Source: Podarcis muralis | Lineage: Eukaryota | DNA: 64,000 nucleotides | Assembly: GCF_964188315.1 (NCBI RefSeq) | Contig: NC_135656.1 | Span: 77,252,001 to 77,316,000, forward strand | Direction: 5' to 3' | In this document: piece after piece, positions 60,114 through 64,000 of the stretch | Numbering within the stretch: position 1 is the stretch's first letter | Layout of the letters: each line of letters begins with the position of its first letter | Made by a program: the position numbers and the translations under genes | The notes under the pieces: model-generated | Databases searched by the model: none | What the model was told of the DNA's origin: nothing | The model's input: only the letters and a program-made list of their open reading frames with translations

Positions 60114-62141
60114 CCAGGACTAACTTTTGAACACCAGTTATGTGCTAGCAGTAGTCTGTCCCCATAATCAGTCTAGCTACAGCATTTTACACCTGCTGGA
60201 GCCTCTGAACCAGGCCCAACGATCGCCTCACACAGAGTGCATATGCCATCCTATAACCATTTTAGCTTGCAACGAAGATAAAGCAAAGCTAAGATACATA
60301 CAATAAATCAATTAAATATTTCACAACAGTATAAAAAATGCAACACAGTTTAATACCTAAACATAAAATTTATTTATGAAATGCATGCCCCCCCCCCCAT
60401 TATCACATGTGTTATAATGGTTAAGGTCTGGTTCAGTCTAATATTGTGTGACAAGTTCCGGCTCAGACTAACATTTCAGACTATGCGTGAAATGTTTTAT
60501 ACTGTACAAGCTTGTTCCATAGCTCTCTTGTGAAATGGAATGGTTTGGAAGAACAAGAGTTCTAAGACTCTTAACCAAGAAAATATTAATTCATGCTGTT
60601 ACTTCTCCAAGATGTGGGGTTGACCCTAAGTCCAAATTGAATATCAGGTTGAAGTATTAACTGTGAAATCTGAAATTGACTTTGGAATATGGGTGAAACC
60701 TGAACTTATAATAGCATTAATTAAGAATTTCCCAAGACTTCTAACATGCCTCTATCAGCAAAGTCTCCTATATCAACATTTTCCTTATTTCTCCTTAAAT
60801 AAGACCATTATGCAGTGTCAGGGATAGCAGTTTTGTGGTATGATCAGATCCTGGCTCAAGGGAAATTGTTCTGGCATTGCATTGAAGTCGGACCCATTTA
60901 ACTCCAGTTCTGTAAACTCCAGTAATGAAGGATTATATTATACACTATCAACTCTGGGTTTCATTTGACAATTCTCATCTGGTGCTCATTTTCATCAGAA
61001 GGGTGGGATATTAATGTTTTAATTATACGTTTTCCCCAACATGCATTATGGGTAGTTAAGTTTTTTTAAAAAAACATTAACATAATATACTCTTTTCACT
61101 TGTTAAAATGTCTTGGGAAATTAAAACTAAACCTGTATCAATAAATAATTCAGGTTTACGGTTCAGCTACTGCTTTCCTTTCAAATTCTTTGTTGACTTG
61201 CAACCATATTGTAACTTATCTAAATTTCACAGTCCGTTATTATTTTGTGCAAACTAAAGCAACAATTAATTAGAACAACTTGTGCGCACATAAGTTTGTT
61301 GTCAAATCATTATTATGAATCCATTAATTCAGATAACAAGTTAATGCACAAAACAAGCTTGAATGAGTTTTAATTCCACATGATTAGCTCTCATTTGGTA
61401 CATTGCTATGAACTCTACAGTTTTTTTTGTGAGCAGAGAGTTACCTCTTGCTGTGTGCAATTGAAATCCAAACCTTTGGGGATTATCATACAATGTATGG
61501 AATCTATAACAAAATGTTGCAGTGTAGAGTGCTCCTTTTCATTGTATCTGACAAAATGCTTAATATTCTTTCCCTCTCCTCAGGAGTCCCCCCCCCCAAG
61601 AATTTTTGTACATCTGTAATCCTTTGGATCTCCCATACCTTGTAATACCCTTGTGTGGATGGTGCTAATTTAGTAAAGGTACTAATTTGGATATGTAATG
61701 ATTGTCACCAACCCCAAACTTAAGAAATTGCTGGAATAATTTACTTTAACAGAAAATGTAATCAGTTGTACATTTTGCATACACTTGTGGTGTGCTATCA
61801 CTGAACATTTTTTAATGTAGCCCAAAAGGAATATTTTCATTGCAGTCTTATTTACTAGCATTTGGAGATGCTTGATTAAAACTTAAGAAACTCATCAAAA
61901 TAGGATTTACTAGGTGAAAGAGAGATCCCTAAATGTGATGTTACATATACATGAAAAATTACAAGACAACCTACTTTGACTAGGAAAGACAATAAATTTT
62001 TGAAGAAAGATACATGGGAGTATAACTGTCTTAGTTTGGCCAGCATATAGGTTACAACACTGCAGCTAGTAGCCTTATTAGCTTTCAGGATGTGGTTAAA
62101 AACATCATAAAACACCAGTGTTGGCTTTTATCTTATTAAGC

Positions 62142-62277
62142 CAGGCATAGGCAAACTCGGCCCTCCAGATGTTTTGGGACTACAGTTCCCATCATCCCTA
62201 GCTAACAGGACCAATGGTCAGAGATGATGGGACTTGTAGTCCCAAAACATCTGGAGGGCCAAGTTTGCCTATGCCTG
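62142..62277. mobile_element. hAT fold-back MITE (136 bp)
   Basis: 43-bp inverted arms with one mismatch. Perfect 8-bp TSD TATTAAGC (62134-62141, 62278-62285). Confidence 0.93.
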
Positions 62278-63179
62278 TATTAAGCCAAAATCGGCACTGT
62301 AGCTTCAGAACAAATGAACAAGAAACATTATGTTCCACTGTGTAGCACCATGGACAGCACCCAATCACATCAAAATGTATGCTTATATTTCTTTAGTTGT
62401 TCCTATTCTTTTCTAAAATAGAATAATTATTAATATGATTTATTTATTAAATTTCTATCCTGCCATTTCTCCCAAAAGAGTCCAGGGTGGCAAATGACAA
62501 AACAGCAGAACAAAAAAATAAATTAAACAATATAAAAAGGTTAAAAATATTTAAATAATAATTTAAAATAGGATATTTATTAATAATATCGTTATATTTT
62601 CTATTACTCCTATATTAAATTAAAAATCAGAAAACAAATTACTAGAATATGTGGATTGTGTCCAATTCAGGTTTATACAAAGTAGAGCCACTGAAATTAG
62701 TGAGCTTCAGTCACATCCATTTAATTAAATGAGTCTATTTTCATGCAGTTCTGTATAACTAAATATATATGACCTTCTTAACGGCTTATTATGTACACAC
62801 TGGTATGATCCTGCAAAGTATTTCCTGTGTTCTTATTGTGAAGGAAATGCTTGTTCTTTGAAGTAGGCTAGCATTTACCTATTTAGAAAGCCCTTCTTCA
62901 GAACTAACAGCAACAATAACCCAAATTGTTGTCCTGCATAGATGGAATTAATGTTTGGTAATATTGTTTCTGGCCTTAGAAAACCTGCCTTATATGGAGT
63001 CATACTACTGGTCTACCTAGCTCAGCATTGCCCTACGCTGATTTGCAGTGGCTCCCAAGGCTGCAAATGATAGTACTTCTCTTTTCTACCTGGAGATACT
63101 GGGGTTGAACCTGACTTTTGCTATTACATGCACAGAATGTATTTAGCCCTTCCCAAATATGGGAATGTATACCTAAGTA

Positions 63180-63407
63180 CAGTGGTACCTCGGGTTACAT
63201 ATGCTTCAGGATACAGACGCTTCAGGTTACAGACTCCACTAACCTAGAAATAGTACCTCGGGTTAAGAAATTTGCTTCAGGATGAGAACAGAAATTGCGC
63301 AGCAGCGGGAGGCCCCATTAGCTAAAGTGGTGCTTCAGGTTAAGAGCAGTTTCAGGTTAAGAATGGACCTCCAGAACAAATTAAGTTCTTAACCCAAGGT
63401 ACCACTG
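63180..63407 (+). mobile_element. Tigger/pogo-like MITE, family A
   Basis: Same TIRs as other family A copies. TA at 63178-63179 and 63408-63409. Confidence 0.93.
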
Positions 63408-63446
63408 TACCGCAATAATTAGGTTGAGAAAATAATAATATTGAGT

Positions 63447-63620
63447 CATTGTGTAGGAGTGGTTAGACTGTCAGAATATAAATGAGGAGTTCAATCTATA
63501 CTCAGCTGGGTGACTTTGGACCAGTCATTGTCTTTCAGCCTATCATATCACAAAGAATTGTTATGACAAAAGGGTGAGTCATATACACTGCCCTAAGCAT
63601 GGGGTAAAAATAATAAATAA
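63447..63620 (+). mobile_element. Old MIR/Squam3-like SINE
   Basis: gtgtaggagtggttagactgtcag head, gctgggtgactttggaccagtca core, A-rich tail aaataataaataa. Confidence 0.5.
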
Positions 63621-64000
63621 TTGTCAAACAGCAGAATTGAGAAACTTCTGTGAGTAGACATGTTCTCCATCACACATCTTCTATTTCACAGTGGTCTTGC
63701 ACAAAATCTCCTGGAACACCTCCCAAGAAGTTCGGCTCTTTCTTTGCGTTATGATTGAATCAGTTCTCAGGTCTTTGCCTTGCTATTCTTTGGGTCCCCT
63801 GCAAGTGGTTGCTGGCACTCTGTAACTGCACTGAAGGCCTTCTTCTCCATTAACTATGAGGCTGTGGCAGACTTACAACTCTGATGAGGCTAGCTGATTC
63901 CCCAAATCACCTCCAAACTTTGCTAATTTCCGCTTCCAAATAAACTTAACAGTTTTGTTGGGTGGAAAGTGGCACAGCTGGTTCAAATAACAGACTCAAA

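Overview
Vertebrate nuclear DNA, AT-rich, with two assembly N-gaps. The repeat content (Sauria SINE, BovB LINE, Squam3/MIR-like SINE, CR1, L2, Penelope, Tigger-like and hAT MITEs) indicates a squamate reptile, probably a lacertid lizard (inference). I could not recognise any host protein-coding gene. The window reads as large-intron or intergenic sequence: a mosaic of transposon relics, AT-rich unique stretches, one small CpG-rich promoter-like patch (~38.3-38.6 kb) and a few unverified candidate exons. The ~700-aa ORFs at 55-57 kb are artefacts of a 60-bp minisatellite. Best leads: (1) a 2.8-kb TA-flanked Tigger/pogo-like element carrying 34 copies of a 60-bp hairpin unit with higher-order variant structure; (2) two near-identical ~220-bp Penelope-type palindromic insertions, each with one intact minimal type-I hammerhead ribozyme, on opposite strands; (3) a solo LTR whose 5' part is an acidic, Trp-rich ORF that may once have been longer; (4) a second solo-LTR family with a variable number of CCAAT modules; (5) rearranged RTE/BovB copies. 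Most have precedents in transposon biology. I cannot claim an undescribed system without database searches.
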